From contig JBFNER010000020.1 of the NCBI GenBank assembly GCA_040797665.1, positions 9,124 to 73,123 of the forward strand: 64,000 nucleotides of DNA, written 5' to 3'. Under the pieces are notes generated by a model. The model saw only the letters and a list, made by a program, of their open reading frames with translations. It searched no databases and had not been told where the DNA came from. Origin of the DNA: Neobacillus sp. Lineage in GTDB: Bacteria; Bacillota; Bacilli; Bacillales; Cytobacillaceae. Shown one piece after another: positions 25,325-34,958 of this stretch (positions within the stretch are counted from its first letter, which is position 1; each line of letters starts with the position of its first letter). The translations under genes and the position numbers were made by a program.

Positions 25325-26647
25325 ATGTTTAAAGAAACCATGCAAATGGGACGACCAATGCAAGTTCTATTATTGGGTGTATTGCTCTCTCATTTAGGAA
25401 CATTAATGGCCACTCCAATGCTTCCCATTATGTTAAAAGTAGATGCGGGGTTAACACTAGTTCAGATTGGTACGATACTGGCAAGTATGTCGATTTCTTT
25501 TCAGTTTGGGAGCATTGCAGGCGGTACATTGGCAGACCGTGCTGGGAGAAGGTTTATTATTGGCCTTGGTGCCATGGTCGCCGCTGCTGGACTAATCGGC
25601 TTTGGTGTATTCAATCAATTTTTTCTGCTTTTGGTTACTTCTATTATTACAGGTTTAGGGAATGGCTTGAATGCACCCTCTACAAAGGCAGCGATTGCTG
25701 CTTTAGTGTCAACTGAAAATCGGACAACAGCCTTCTCAATGCGCGGAATTGCAGCAAATATCGGAACAGCCGCGGCTGGCCTAATTGTATTTTTTCTGAT
25801 TACCGGTTCTTCTAAAATCATCTTTTGGATCGCTGGAATTATTTATATTGCCCTAGCTTTTATCTCCTGGACGTTACTTCCGAAAAAATGTGGTGAACTT
25901 CCGTGCCCGCCGGTTCCGTCACAAGCTTATCGCCTTGCTTTTAAGAATAAGTCCTTTGTTGTCTTTGGGGTGGTAAGTATATTTATCTGGGTATTATATG
26001 CTCAGTTAGCTTTAGTTCTGCCCCTTAGAGCGACTGAAATTCTACCCGACCCGAAAAATGTCGCGCTAATCTGGACGATTAATAGCTTTATCGTCATTGG
26101 TTTACAAGGTGTTATGACCAAGCGGGTGATTAATAAGATTCATCCACTAAATTCGTTGGCGTTCGGTGTTTTAATCGTCGGTATCGGAGTAGCTTCCTTG
26201 TACTTTTCGAGTTCGTTTTTTCATCTAGTGATTAGCGGAGCTATATTTGTAATGGGAGAAATGCTATTACTGCCAACGATTGATAGTACCATCTCCCAAT
26301 TATCGACTGCGGAATTGATTGGCCTCTTTTTTGCCCTTGCCAATGTAATCTATGGATTGGGGGAAGCTGGTGGAAAATTTGCTGGCAGTCAATTATATGA
26401 ACTCGGAAATGAGATTGAAATCTTCCCTTGGATTATCTATGCGATTATGGGAGTGTTTCTTTTCTTTGTTGTATGGATGCTGAAGAGATGGAAGCCACTA
26501 GCAACAGCCATGGAAACGGCTGCGAAAAAGGATGATAAGCCAAAGGAAGGACCAAAAGTACCACTTGGCCCAGCCGAACATCAATCACATCCATTCGATG
26601 ACTGGGTACCAGAAGTTATTGGAAGAAAAAGAACAAGTACAGAATAA
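25325..26647 (+). CDS. MFS transporter (12 TM)
   Basis: GTLADRAGRR motif between TM2 and TM3. Twelve hydrophobic segments. RBS GAGAGGGG. Confidence 0.85.
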   Translation: MFKETMQMGRPMQVLLLGVLLSHLGTLMATPMLPIMLKVDAGLTLVQIGTILASMSISFQFGSIAGGTLADRAGRRFIIGLGAMVAAAGLIGFGVFNQFFLLLVTSIITGLGNGLNAPSTKAAIAALVSTENRTTAFSMRGIAANIGTAAAGLIVFFLITGSSKIIFWIAGIIYIALAFISWTLLPKKCGELPCPPVPSQAYRLAFKNKSFVVFGVVSIFIWVLYAQLALVLPLRATEILPDPKNVALIWTINSFIVIGLQGVMTKRVINKIHPLNSLAFGVLIVGIGVASLYFSSSFFHLVISGAIFVMGEMLLLPTIDSTISQLSTAELIGLFFALANVIYGLGEAGGKFAGSQLYELGNEIEIFPWIIYAIMGVFLFFVVWMLKRWKPLATAMETAAKKDDKPKEGPKVPLGPAEHQSHPFDDWVPEVIGRKRTSTE

Positions 26648-26779
26648 AAGAGGGTCGTCAGGATTCTCTTTTTTTCATATCCCGCACCTTACATATAGAT
26701 TATTCTTACTCCAGTACATGCATAATCTGGAATCACGAACAAAACCTAACAGCAGTGGAATTTAATTGGTGGTGTTTAA

Positions 26780-27865
26780 ATGCGTTTTTCCCGTGCTCAG
26801 TTATTAATTGCTCTCATTCTTTTCATAGGGATTTCCAACCATGTGCTCATCATGCCTCACTTGCTTGCAACTGGTAAACGGGATGCATGGATTTCTGTGT
26901 TGGTTGCCTATCCCTTTCTATTGTTTTGGGGGTTTATCCTTTATTTGATTATGAGAAAAAACCCGCAGCGAATATGTCTTTATGACTGGATAGAAGCCCG
27001 GGCAGGCGGTGTAATTTCACGCGTATTAATTTACATCCTTACGGCATATGTTTTCGCGATTAGTGCTATATCTTTTTATGATTTAATTCAATCCGTTAAT
27101 ATTTATTTTTTGCCTCGAACCCCACCCTTTGTTGTCATGCTCCCTTTCCTTTTGATTAGTGCTTGGTCAGCATATAGTGGCTTAAAATCAATAGTCTCTG
27201 TTTCAGCGGTTTTATTGCCGATTGTTTGGATACTAGGAATTTTTGTAGCATGCTTTACTTTTCCAGAAAAAGATTATTCCTATCTTTTTCCAGTCCTTGT
27301 TAACGGTCATCAACCCATCGTAAAAGCGACCGTCATAATTCTTGGGGGGAGCGCGGATTTACTTGTGCTTTTGCTTCTTCAGCACCAGTTAAAGAAATCG
27401 TTTACGTTGTTTAACCTGTTCTTACTCATTACCATTTTAGTTGGTCTAATTCTTGGCCCTACCATGGGCTCATTGTCCTCGTTTGGTCCAGCAGTTGCAG
27501 CAGATATGCGGTTCCCGGCCTTTGAACAATGGCGCCTAATAACCTTGGGAGAGTATATTTCCCATGTTGATTTTATGGCAGTGTTTCAATTATTAAGCGG
27601 TGAAATTATCCGGGTTTCATTAGGACTCTACCTGCTATGGAATCTGGTTAAAAGTCATTCTCCGGCTTCGAATAAAAAGCATGTGTTTTTTGTCGCTTTG
27701 CTTCTTTTAGGATTATTGACAATTATTCCATTAAGTGACATATGGGTTCAAGAGATGGTCGGTAAATTCTTTTACCCAGCGGCGCTGCTTTTTGCGGTGA
27801 TAATTTCATTGGCATTATTAATCATAAGCTATTTGCCACTGAGGAAAGGAGCACAAAACATATGA
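26780..27865 (+). CDS. Spore germinant receptor B subunit (GerAB/APC-type permease)
   Basis: 361 aa, about 10 TM, typical GerxB N-terminus (Q..ALILFIG..NHVLIMPHLL). ATGA overlap with the next gene. Confidence 0.85.
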   Translation: MRFSRAQLLIALILFIGISNHVLIMPHLLATGKRDAWISVLVAYPFLLFWGFILYLIMRKNPQRICLYDWIEARAGGVISRVLIYILTAYVFAISAISFYDLIQSVNIYFLPRTPPFVVMLPFLLISAWSAYSGLKSIVSVSAVLLPIVWILGIFVACFTFPEKDYSYLFPVLVNGHQPIVKATVIILGGSADLLVLLLLQHQLKKSFTLFNLFLLITILVGLILGPTMGSLSSFGPAVAADMRFPAFEQWRLITLGEYISHVDFMAVFQLLSGEIIRVSLGLYLLWNLVKSHSPASNKKHVFFVALLLLGLLTIIPLSDIWVQEMVGKFFYPAALLFAVIISLALLIISYLPLRKGAQNI

Positions 27866-29292
27866 AATTTAAGCATTTCGATCATGTTTTAGCAAAAGGA
27901 ACCTTGACTCGCGAAGAAATCAAAGCATTTTTTCATCATTATGCCGATATTGAATTCATTCCAATGGAGAATGACGAAAATTTCCAAGCTTTTTATTGCA
28001 AAGGGATGCTTGATGCAACACAGTTAAATGAGTATTTTAATCGAATTCTCATAAGTATCAGTAAAAAAGAACCACGAGGACATTCCGAAGTGTTACCACC
28101 TTTTCAGCATATAAGGAGTATGGATGAAATGTTGAATCTTGTGTTTTCAGGTTCCTTAATTGTGTTTCGGGAAGGCACTCCGTTTTTTTATGTGTTCAAT
28201 ATAAGCAAGGTTCCACAACGGAACCCACAAGAATCGACGACAGAAGTTTCCATTAAAGGACCAAAGGATAGTTTTACAGAAGAGATGAATGTCAATATCT
28301 CCTTGATCCGCAAAAGATTAAAGTCGGAACAGCTCTATTGCGAGGCCTTTACTGTAGGGTCGCTGAGTAAAACAGAAGTTTCTCTGCTTTATTTACAAGA
28401 TAAAGCCAATATGAACATCATTGAGGAAGTCAGGAAACGACTTTCAGACTTTCAAGGCGAAAGTGTTGTCAGCAGTGGTCAATTAGAGCAGTGGCTTTCC
28501 GATCGCTCGCTCTCTTTGTTTCCCTTATTCGATTATGCTACTCGGTCAGATTATGTTATTGAATCCATGTTGCGCGGAAGGTTTATTCTAATTGTCAATG
28601 GATCTCCCTCTGTATTAATTGGACCAACAAATGTATTGGAGCTAATCAAATCGCCTGAGGATGTGCATTTTCCTTTCTATCTTGTTCTGTTAGGACGCTT
28701 TATACGGATTGTTGGCTTAATGGTTGCTATCTTCCTGCCAGGATTTTGGGTATCGCTATCTTCTGTCAATATTGACCAACTGCCGTTTGCTTTATTGGCC
28801 ACCGTCGTTGTCTCACGAGAAGGATTACCGTTACCAATAGGAATTGAAGCGATCTTTATTCTCGGACTTTTTGAATTGTTAAGAGAAGCGGGAATTCGAA
28901 TGCCAACCGTTCTTGGACAAACTGTTTCAATTGTTGGTGGAATTATCATTGGTGATGCAGCAATCCGAGCAGGACTTGCTTCGCCAACGATGATTGTAAT
29001 CATTGCGTTAACTGCTGTCGCAAGTTACACACTTGTGAATCAATCATTGGTTGGAACTGTAAGTGTCATGCGGATTTATATCTTACTGTTATCCATTTTT
29101 CTAGGAGTGTACGGGCTTTTTATTGGATTCTTTAGCATTCTTATTTATTTTTCTACATTGGAGTCATTCAAAGTGGCTTATCTAGAACCTTTTGCCTCAT
29201 TAACATTCAAAGAATATTTAGCAGCCTTGTTGGTGAATCCATTTGATCGAAAAAAATTTGGAATATCATTTATTCAGAAGCGGAGTAAATAA
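27862..29292 (+). CDS. Spore germinant receptor A subunit (GerAA/GerKA family)
   Basis: 476 aa. Conserved SIKGPKDSFTEEMNVNISLIRKRLKS, RFILIVNGSPSVLIGP and C-terminal TM bundle motifs. Confidence 0.9.
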   Translation: MKFKHFDHVLAKGTLTREEIKAFFHHYADIEFIPMENDENFQAFYCKGMLDATQLNEYFNRILISISKKEPRGHSEVLPPFQHIRSMDEMLNLVFSGSLIVFREGTPFFYVFNISKVPQRNPQESTTEVSIKGPKDSFTEEMNVNISLIRKRLKSEQLYCEAFTVGSLSKTEVSLLYLQDKANMNIIEEVRKRLSDFQGESVVSSGQLEQWLSDRSLSLFPLFDYATRSDYVIESMLRGRFILIVNGSPSVLIGPTNVLELIKSPEDVHFPFYLVLLGRFIRIVGLMVAIFLPGFWVSLSSVNIDQLPFALLATVVVSREGLPLPIGIEAIFILGLFELLREAGIRMPTVLGQTVSIVGGIIIGDAAIRAGLASPTMIVIIALTAVASYTLVNQSLVGTVSVMRIYILLLSIFLGVYGLFIGFFSILIYFSTLESFKVAYLEPFASLTFKEYLAALLVNPFDRKKFGISFIQKRSK

Positions 29293-29293
29293 T

Positions 29294-30463
29294 ATGAAGC
29301 GTCAATCCAAGATGGTTTGTGCTGTCATCCTTTCATTTTGTCTCCTACTTGTTACGGCTTGTGACCACGACATCGGTGAAATCGAAAATCAAAACTTTGC
29401 AACCGCCATCGGAGTTGATTATCGAGATGGGAAATATTTTGTCTATATTCAAATGCTAGGCTTAAGCTCTGTTGCGAAAAGTGAAGGCGGAAATAAGGAA
29501 CCGCCAGAAATATATGTTTCTGAGACGAGTGGTGCAACGTTTATCGATGCATTTTTTAAAGCTTAGCATACGGGGCAAGAAAAGTTTCTATGGGCCCATG
29601 TCACTGCAATTGTTTTGAGTGAAACTGCACTGGAAAAAGGGCTGGATAGTGTCTTTGATGGCTTGACGCGATACTATGAGTTCCGTCCCACTCCATGGAT
29701 TTTTGGGACAAAAAGTTCAATGGTCGATATCTTATCTACAACTGGATTCTTTAAACAAACGTCATTGAACACGCTTCTTCATAGTCCGAAAAGCTCGTAT
29801 GAGCAGAGCTCTACCATTAGGCCGGTTAAGCTAAATAAATTTGCTCGGGAGTTTTTTGATCCTGGCCGCACCACCTATATACCTTCGCTCACCATTGATG
29901 ATCATCAATGGAAGAATAATAAAAAGGCGGAAGCAAAGTTAATGATTGATGGAGCGTTTTTTCTAGGCAATAAAATATACAAAGGCTATTTTCCATATGA
30001 AAAGTTAAAAGGCATACGCTGGCTGACTTCGGAAACCGTTCGTGCTTCTTTGCTTTTGCCAAGCGAAAAAAATCCAGAATTTATTACGGTGCTAGAAGAC
30101 CAAAAGGTGTATATCGATCCTGTAGAGCACAACGAAAACTTCCATTTTACAATCCATTACCTTGCTAATGGAATTGTGAGTAACCGCATGAAGAACAACA
30201 CGATTAATGTAGAGGAAATGGAGGAGTTCGTAAAGAAAGGGATTGTTGCTGAAGTAAGACAATTATATCAATTAGGTTTGGAACATAATATCGACTTTTT
30301 AAATTTAGAGCACCAGCTTTACAGAAAGCATCATACTGACTGGAAAAAACTAAAAAATCAGGGTTCACTGCTTCAGGAAGACAGCCTTAGATCAATTGAT
30401 GTGAATATCACAATAGAACATTCGGGGTCGTTTAAAAACCGAAAAATTAGGATTAAAGAATAA
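29294..30463 (+). pseudogene. Spore germinant receptor C subunit (GerAC lipoprotein) interrupted by an in-frame TAG at 29564-29566
   Basis: ATG 29294 with lipobox LVTAC. The frame continues unchanged across the TAG (...IDAFFKA*HTGQEKFLWAHVTAIVLSE...) into the 29615-30463 ORF. Both halves are GerAC-like. Confidence 0.8.
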
Positions 30464-30608
30464 TGGCGTAAAGATAGGCTTGGTATGGCTTTATTAATCA
30501 AATTGCTCGAAAAGATCAAAATAAGCGTTAATGGACAAACTTTTAATGCTTACTGGTCTTTTCTTTTATTTTTAAACAATGATAATACAAAAAAAATTTA
30601 TAAGTAGA

Positions 30609-30660
30609 TTGACATTCAAACGTCTATTTGAATATCATATAATCAAACGAACATTTGAAT
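30609..30660 (+). promoter_or_regulatory. cad promoter with two CadC-type inverted-repeat operators
   Basis: TTGACA (30609-30614). ATTCAAA-N6-TTTGAAT (30614-30633, perfect). AT-CAAA-N6-TTTGAAT (30642-30660). TATCAT / TATAAT -10 candidates lie between them. Confidence 0.6.
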
Positions 30661-30677
30661 GAAAAGAAGGTGAGCTT

Positions 30678-31046
30678 ATGAAAGAACGTGATGTTTGCGA
30701 AATAACCTGTGTGGATCAAGATAAAACAACCCGTGTTCAGCCCTTAGTTGAAAAGGGCAATATAGTTGAGGTAACCAAGATATTTAAAGCATTGTCTGAT
30801 GAAACACGAATGAAAATTGCCTATGCACTAACACTTGAAGATGAGCTTTGTGTTTGTGATGTCGCCAATATCGTCGGGGCAACTACCGCTACGGCTTCAC
30901 ACCATTTACGCCATTTAAAAAGCTTAGGTCTAGCAAAATATCGGAAAGAGGGGAAGCTAGCCTACTATTCCCTTGATGATCACCATGTAAAGCAATTAAT
31001 TCACATTGCTTTTGAACACCAAGAGGAGGTGGCCGGCCGTGAGTGA
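30678..31046 (+). CDS. cadC: ArsR/SmtB-family Cd/Pb/Zn-responsive repressor CadC
   Basis: 122 aa. N-terminal CEITC, an ELCVCDV metal site and an HHLRHLK DNA-recognition helix. Strong resemblance to pI258 CadC as I remember it. Confidence 0.9.
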   Translation: MKERDVCEITCVDQDKTTRVQPLVEKGNIVEVTKIFKALSDETRMKIAYALTLEDELCVCDVANIVGATTATASHHLRHLKSLGLAKYRKEGKLAYYSLDDHHVKQLIHIAFEHQEEVAGRE

Positions 31047-33120
31047 AGCTGCTGAAAAACAGGTTTATCGTGTCCAAGGCTTTTCCTGAACGAGCTGTGC
31101 CACAAAGTTCGAAAAGAACGTACAACACCTGGATGGTGTTGTTGATGCAAAGGTAAATTTTGGCGCTGCTAAACTAACAGTCTATGGAAATGCATCACTT
31201 GATGAATTACATGAAGCAGGTGCATTTGATAAAATTACCCTTACTCCTGAAAAGGAAAAGTTACAGCCAGCAGTTAAAGAACCATTTTGGAAGCAATACG
31301 CAGGTCTGACACTTTCTTTGCTGTTCCTACTTTCAGGTTATATATTTTCTGAAAATATCTTATTTGCTGCTTCCATTTTAGCTGGAGGATTTCCTCTTTT
31401 TAAAACGGGCTTAAAAAATTTAGTTCGGCTTGATTTTGATATGAAAACATTAATGACGATTGCGATTATCGGAGCAGCCATTATTGGCGAATGGAGCGAG
31501 GGTGCCGTTGTTGTTATTCTGTTTGCCATTAGTGAAGTGCTAGAGAGATATTCAATGGATAAAGCCCGTGCTTCGATTCGTTCCTTGATGGAGTTAGCTC
31601 CTGCCGAAGCGCTTGTCATTCGGAATGGAAAAGAGCTGCTTTTAAAAGCAGAGGATATTGAAGTAGGCGACATCATGATCGTCAAACCGGGGCAAAGAAT
31701 TGCCATGGATGGCGTTATTGTTGAGGGTTACAGCAGTATCAATCAGGCTGCTATCACGGGTGAATCTGTACCTGTTGAAAAAGCTGTTGCTGATGAGGTA
31801 TTCGCTGGGACATTAAATGAAGAGGGATATTTAAAAGTAAGGGTTACAAAGCTTTCTGATGATACGACGATAGCCAAAATCATTCACTTGGTCGAAGAGG
31901 CTCAAGGGGAAAGAGCCCCTTCGCAACGATTTGTTGATAGGTTTGCGAAGTACTATACACCGTTAATTATTGCGATTGCTGCGTTGGTTGCAGTCGTTCC
32001 ACCATTCTTCTTCGGTGCCGACTGGAGTGAGTGGATTTACCAAGGTCTTGCTGTATTAGTGGTTGGCTGTCCATGTGCATTAGTCATCTCTACACCTGTT
32101 TCCATCGTAACCGCAATCGGAAATAGTGCAAGAAACGGTGTGTTAATAAAGGGCGGAAACTTCTTAGAAGAAGCCGGAGCACTAAAAGCAATCGCCTTTG
32201 ATAAAACAGGGACATTAACAAAAGGGGTTCCGACTGTTACGGATTTTGTGAACTTAAGTAAAACAACTCATGACGATGAACTGCTGGCGATGATTGCGGC
32301 ACTTGAAAATAAATCGCAGCACCCTCTTGCCGCAGCGATTATAAAAAAAGCTAAGGGCTATCAAGAAATTGTTGTGGATGAATTTACGTCAATGATGGGT
32401 AAGGGCATTAAAGGCAAGATAAATGGAATTGAATACAAAGTTGGAAATGATAAGTTATTTACAATCATACCTGTCACCATACAGGAGCAAATTTCTTTAC
32501 TGCAAAAACAAGGAAAAACCGTGATGATTGCCGGTGCAGAAGAAGAGATTATTGCCCTAATCGCCGTAGCAGATGAGGTCCGTGCCAGCAGCAAAAATGT
32601 GATTAAGCGCCTCCACGAGCTTGGTATCAAACAAACGATTTTACTGACAGGTGATAACCAGGCAACGGCTGCAGCAATAAGTCAACAAACGGGCGTTACT
32701 AATTTTGAAGCTGAACTTTTGCCGCAGGATAAGCTAGACTTTATTAAGAAACTAAAGGCTGAACATGGCAGAGTGGCAATGGTGGGGGATGGTGTTAATG
32801 ATGCTCCAGCGCTTGCAGCAGCAACAGTTGGGATTGCAATGGGGGGCGCAGGAACGGATACCGCACTTGAAACAGCGGATATTGCGTTAATGAACGATGA
32901 CTTAACAAAACTTCCATTCACGATTCAATTAAGTCGTAAAACCTTACAAATCATAAAACAAAATATTGCCTTATCAATTGGCGTGAAGTTATTCGCACTC
33001 CTTCTGGTCGTACCAGGCTGGCTTACTTTATGGATTGCCATTTTTGCTGATATGGGTGTGACGCTGCTGGTCACTTTAAATGCGTTAAGACTATTGAGAG
33101 TGAAGGATAAGAATGAATAA
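31039..33120 (+). pseudogene. cadA: P1B-type Cd/Zn/Pb-exporting ATPase CadA, single frame interrupted by an in-frame TGA (31087-31089) at the first Cys of the HMA CxxC motif
   Basis: GTG 31039 overlaps the cadC stop. [56 protein letters not shown] is an HMA domain. It is in the same frame as the ORF 31318-33120, which carries CPC, DKTGTLT and GDGVNDAP. Confidence 0.8.
31122..31142 (+). other. 8-bp hairpin 33 nt downstream of the cadA in-frame TGA (weak SECIS-like candidate)
   Basis: ACAACACC-tggat-GGTGTTGT. The loop contains G residues. The spacing is at or over the usual bacterial SECIS limit. Confidence 0.15.
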
Positions 33121-33718
33121 TAAATGGAACCGTTGGATTTACCGGTTATGGTCGCCTGTTTACGATGCCTTTTTTAACAAAGGTCCGTTCTTAAAAGCGA
33201 GAAAAGAGGTTTTTAAGTCACTTCCTTTTAAAGATGATAAGATTTTGTTTGTTGGTGTGGGTACAGGTGCAGACATTGAACTTATGCCAGAACAGCTTTT
33301 GAATATTACGGCCATTGATTATTCAGCTGAAATGCTAGAGCAGGCAAAAAAGAAGTTCCCTTCCTCCCCAATTATCTTTAAGCAAATGGATGCACAGAAT
33401 TTGGAATACCAGGATGCTACCTTCGATTATGTGATGGCAAGCTTAATACTCTCTGTTGTTCCTGACAGTGAAAAGGCCTTCTCAGAAATGGTTCGGGTTC
33501 TAAAAAAGGACGGTCAGATCATAATCTTTGATAAATTTGTTCAAAGAAGGACCTTTTTTATAAAAGTGATCCGTCCCTTGATTCGGATTCTCGGCACTGA
33601 TATTGGCCTTTCTTTTGAAAAAATTATCAACAAACACCGGTCAGAACTCAGGATTATTGAGGACCAGGATGTGTTGTTTCGAGGAATGTATCGGAAAATA
33701 CTGATTAGAAAAAACTAA
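33113..33718 (+). CDS. Class I SAM-dependent methyltransferase
   Basis: Motif I is [11 protein letters not shown]. Methyltransf_11-like layout. The start overlaps the cadA stop by 8 nt. Confidence 0.8.
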   Translation: MNNKWNRWIYRLWSPVYDAFFNKGPFLKARKEVFKSLPFKDDKILFVGVGTGADIELMPEQLLNITAIDYSAEMLEQAKKKFPSSPIIFKQMDAQNLEYQDATFDYVMASLILSVVPDSEKAFSEMVRVLKKDGQIIIFDKFVQRRTFFIKVIRPLIRILGTDIGLSFEKIINKHRSELRIIEDQDVLFRGMYRKILIRKN

Positions 33719-33749
33719 AAATAGACCAACATTGTTGGGGGAGGTTTTT

Positions 33750-34682
33750 ATGGGACATCATCATGGACACTCCCACGGCCATTCACATGGTCATGGACAT
33801 GGTCATTCACATACAAGTAATAAAAAAGCGTTGTTTATCTCATTTATTTTAATTGCTACATTTATGATTGTAGAAGTCATAGGCGGGATTTTAACAAACA
33901 GCTTGGCTCTGTTGTCTGATGCAGGGCACATGTTAAGTGATGCTGCGGCACTCGGTTTAAGCTTTTTCGCTATCAAGCTGGGTGAGAGACAGGTTTCACA
34001 AGAAAAAACATACGGGTACAAGCGATTTGAGATTATTGCCGCGGCTTTAAACGGACTTACGCTAATCTTAATTTCCGTATATATCTTTTATGAAGCCTTT
34101 CAGCGTTTCTTTGCACCGCAAGAGGTTCAGAGTACAGGAATGTTAGTAATCTCAGTTACGGGATTAGTGGTGAATATCATCGCGGCTTGGATTTTAATGA
34201 GCGGTGATAAAGAAAATCTCAATGTTCGCAGTGCATTTTTACACGTGCTTGGTGATATGCTTGGTTCAGTTGGTGCTATTGTTGCAGCATTACTGATTAT
34301 GTTCTTCGGCTGGACACTAGCGGATCCAATCGCAAGCGTGATTGTTGCGGTTTTAATCATTATCAGTGGTTTTCGCGTCACAAAAGATTCTTTCCATATC
34401 TTAATGGAAGGTGCTCCATCACAAATCGATATGAAAAAGGTTAAGGTTGCCTTAGGCGGAATTCCATCTGTAAAGGAAGTCCATGATTTGCATATCTGGA
34501 CGATTACTTCAGGTTATCCCGTTTTAAGCTGTCATTTGACCATTACCGACGAAGCGGATCATGATGAGATCCTTCATCAATCACAAAAGATCCTACACGA
34601 TGATTTCCATATTGAGCATAGCACCATTCAAGTTGAAAAAGCAGCAAACGGATGTCCAAGTCCGCATGGAACGTGTAATTAG
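33750..34682 (+). CDS. czcD: Cation diffusion facilitator (Zn/Cd/Co efflux) with His-rich N-terminus
   Basis: ATG follows GGGGGAGG. MGHHHGHSHGHSHGHGHGHSH, six TM segments with the HMLSD and HVLGD motifs, and a C-terminal cytoplasmic domain. Confidence 0.9.
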   Translation: MGHHHGHSHGHSHGHGHGHSHTSNKKALFISFILIATFMIVEVIGGILTNSLALLSDAGHMLSDAAALGLSFFAIKLGERQVSQEKTYGYKRFEIIAAALNGLTLILISVYIFYEAFQRFFAPQEVQSTGMLVISVTGLVVNIIAAWILMSGDKENLNVRSAFLHVLGDMLGSVGAIVAALLIMFFGWTLADPIASVIVAVLIIISGFRVTKDSFHILMEGAPSQIDMKKVKVALGGIPSVKEVHDLHIWTITSGYPVLSCHLTITDEADHDEILHQSQKILHDDFHIEHSTIQVEKAANGCPSPHGTCN

Positions 34683-34702
34683 CTAAATAGTAATTCTTAG
34701 TA

Positions 34703-34737
34703 AGGGCCTTTAAATGAAAGGCTCTTTATTTTTTTTG
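34703..34737 (+). terminator. Terminator after czcD
   Basis: gggccttt-aaatg-aaaggctc (one mismatch) followed by TTTATTTTTTTT. Confidence 0.7.
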
Positions 34738-34746
34738 ATTTTCTAG

Positions 34747-34776
34747 TTGACTAGTTTTATGAAGAGATGCTAAGAT
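34747..34776 (+). promoter_or_regulatory. Candidate sigma-A promoter of the Opp/Nik-type ABC operon
   Basis: TTGACT (34747-34752), 18 nt, then TAAGAT (34771-34776). Confidence 0.4.
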
Positions 34777-34784
34777 ACATTTTG

Positions 34785-34807
34785 TAAATCGTAATTGTTT
34801 CGATTTA
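34785..34807. promoter_or_regulatory. Zur box
   Basis: TAAATCGTAATTGTTTCGATTTA versus the Bacillus Zur consensus TAAATCGTAATNATTACGATTTA (2 mismatches). It lies immediately downstream of the -10 element. Confidence 0.7.
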
Positions 34808-34919
34808 TTAAGTTTTTTCAAGACTGTAATAAAAGGGATAACACCGTACATAGGGGGATATAAATCTAACTCACTAACCTAATGTTATAGTTTAGTAATG
34901 TATAAAAATTTTTAACATC

Positions 34920-34942
34920 TAAATCGTAATGATTTCAATTTA
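34920..34942. promoter_or_regulatory. Second, weaker Zur box next to the RBS of the binding-protein gene
   Basis: TAAATCGTAATGATTTCAATTTA (2 mismatches in the right half). Confidence 0.5.
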
Positions 34943-34958
34943 TGGGGGTATTAATAGT

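Noticed and set aside
29564-29566. The in-frame TAG in gerxC as a pyrrolysine codon.
   Set aside because: Pyl decoding is restricted to methylamine-utilising archaea and a few anaerobic bacteria, with pylTSBCD and specific gene families. Nothing in this context supports it, and a nonsense mutation or sequencing error is far more likely.
31318-33120. TTG 31318 as the genuine start of a 600-aa N-terminally truncated CadA.
   Set aside because: The 279 nt upstream are in the same frame and encode a complete HMA domain, broken only by one TGA. The TTG would begin within TM helix 1 and has no RBS.
33750-33815. The (GH)n/(SH)n codon run at the start of czcD as a slippage artefact or microsatellite.
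   Set aside because: His-rich N-termini are a normal feature of CDF exporters. The run is in frame and followed by an intact transporter.
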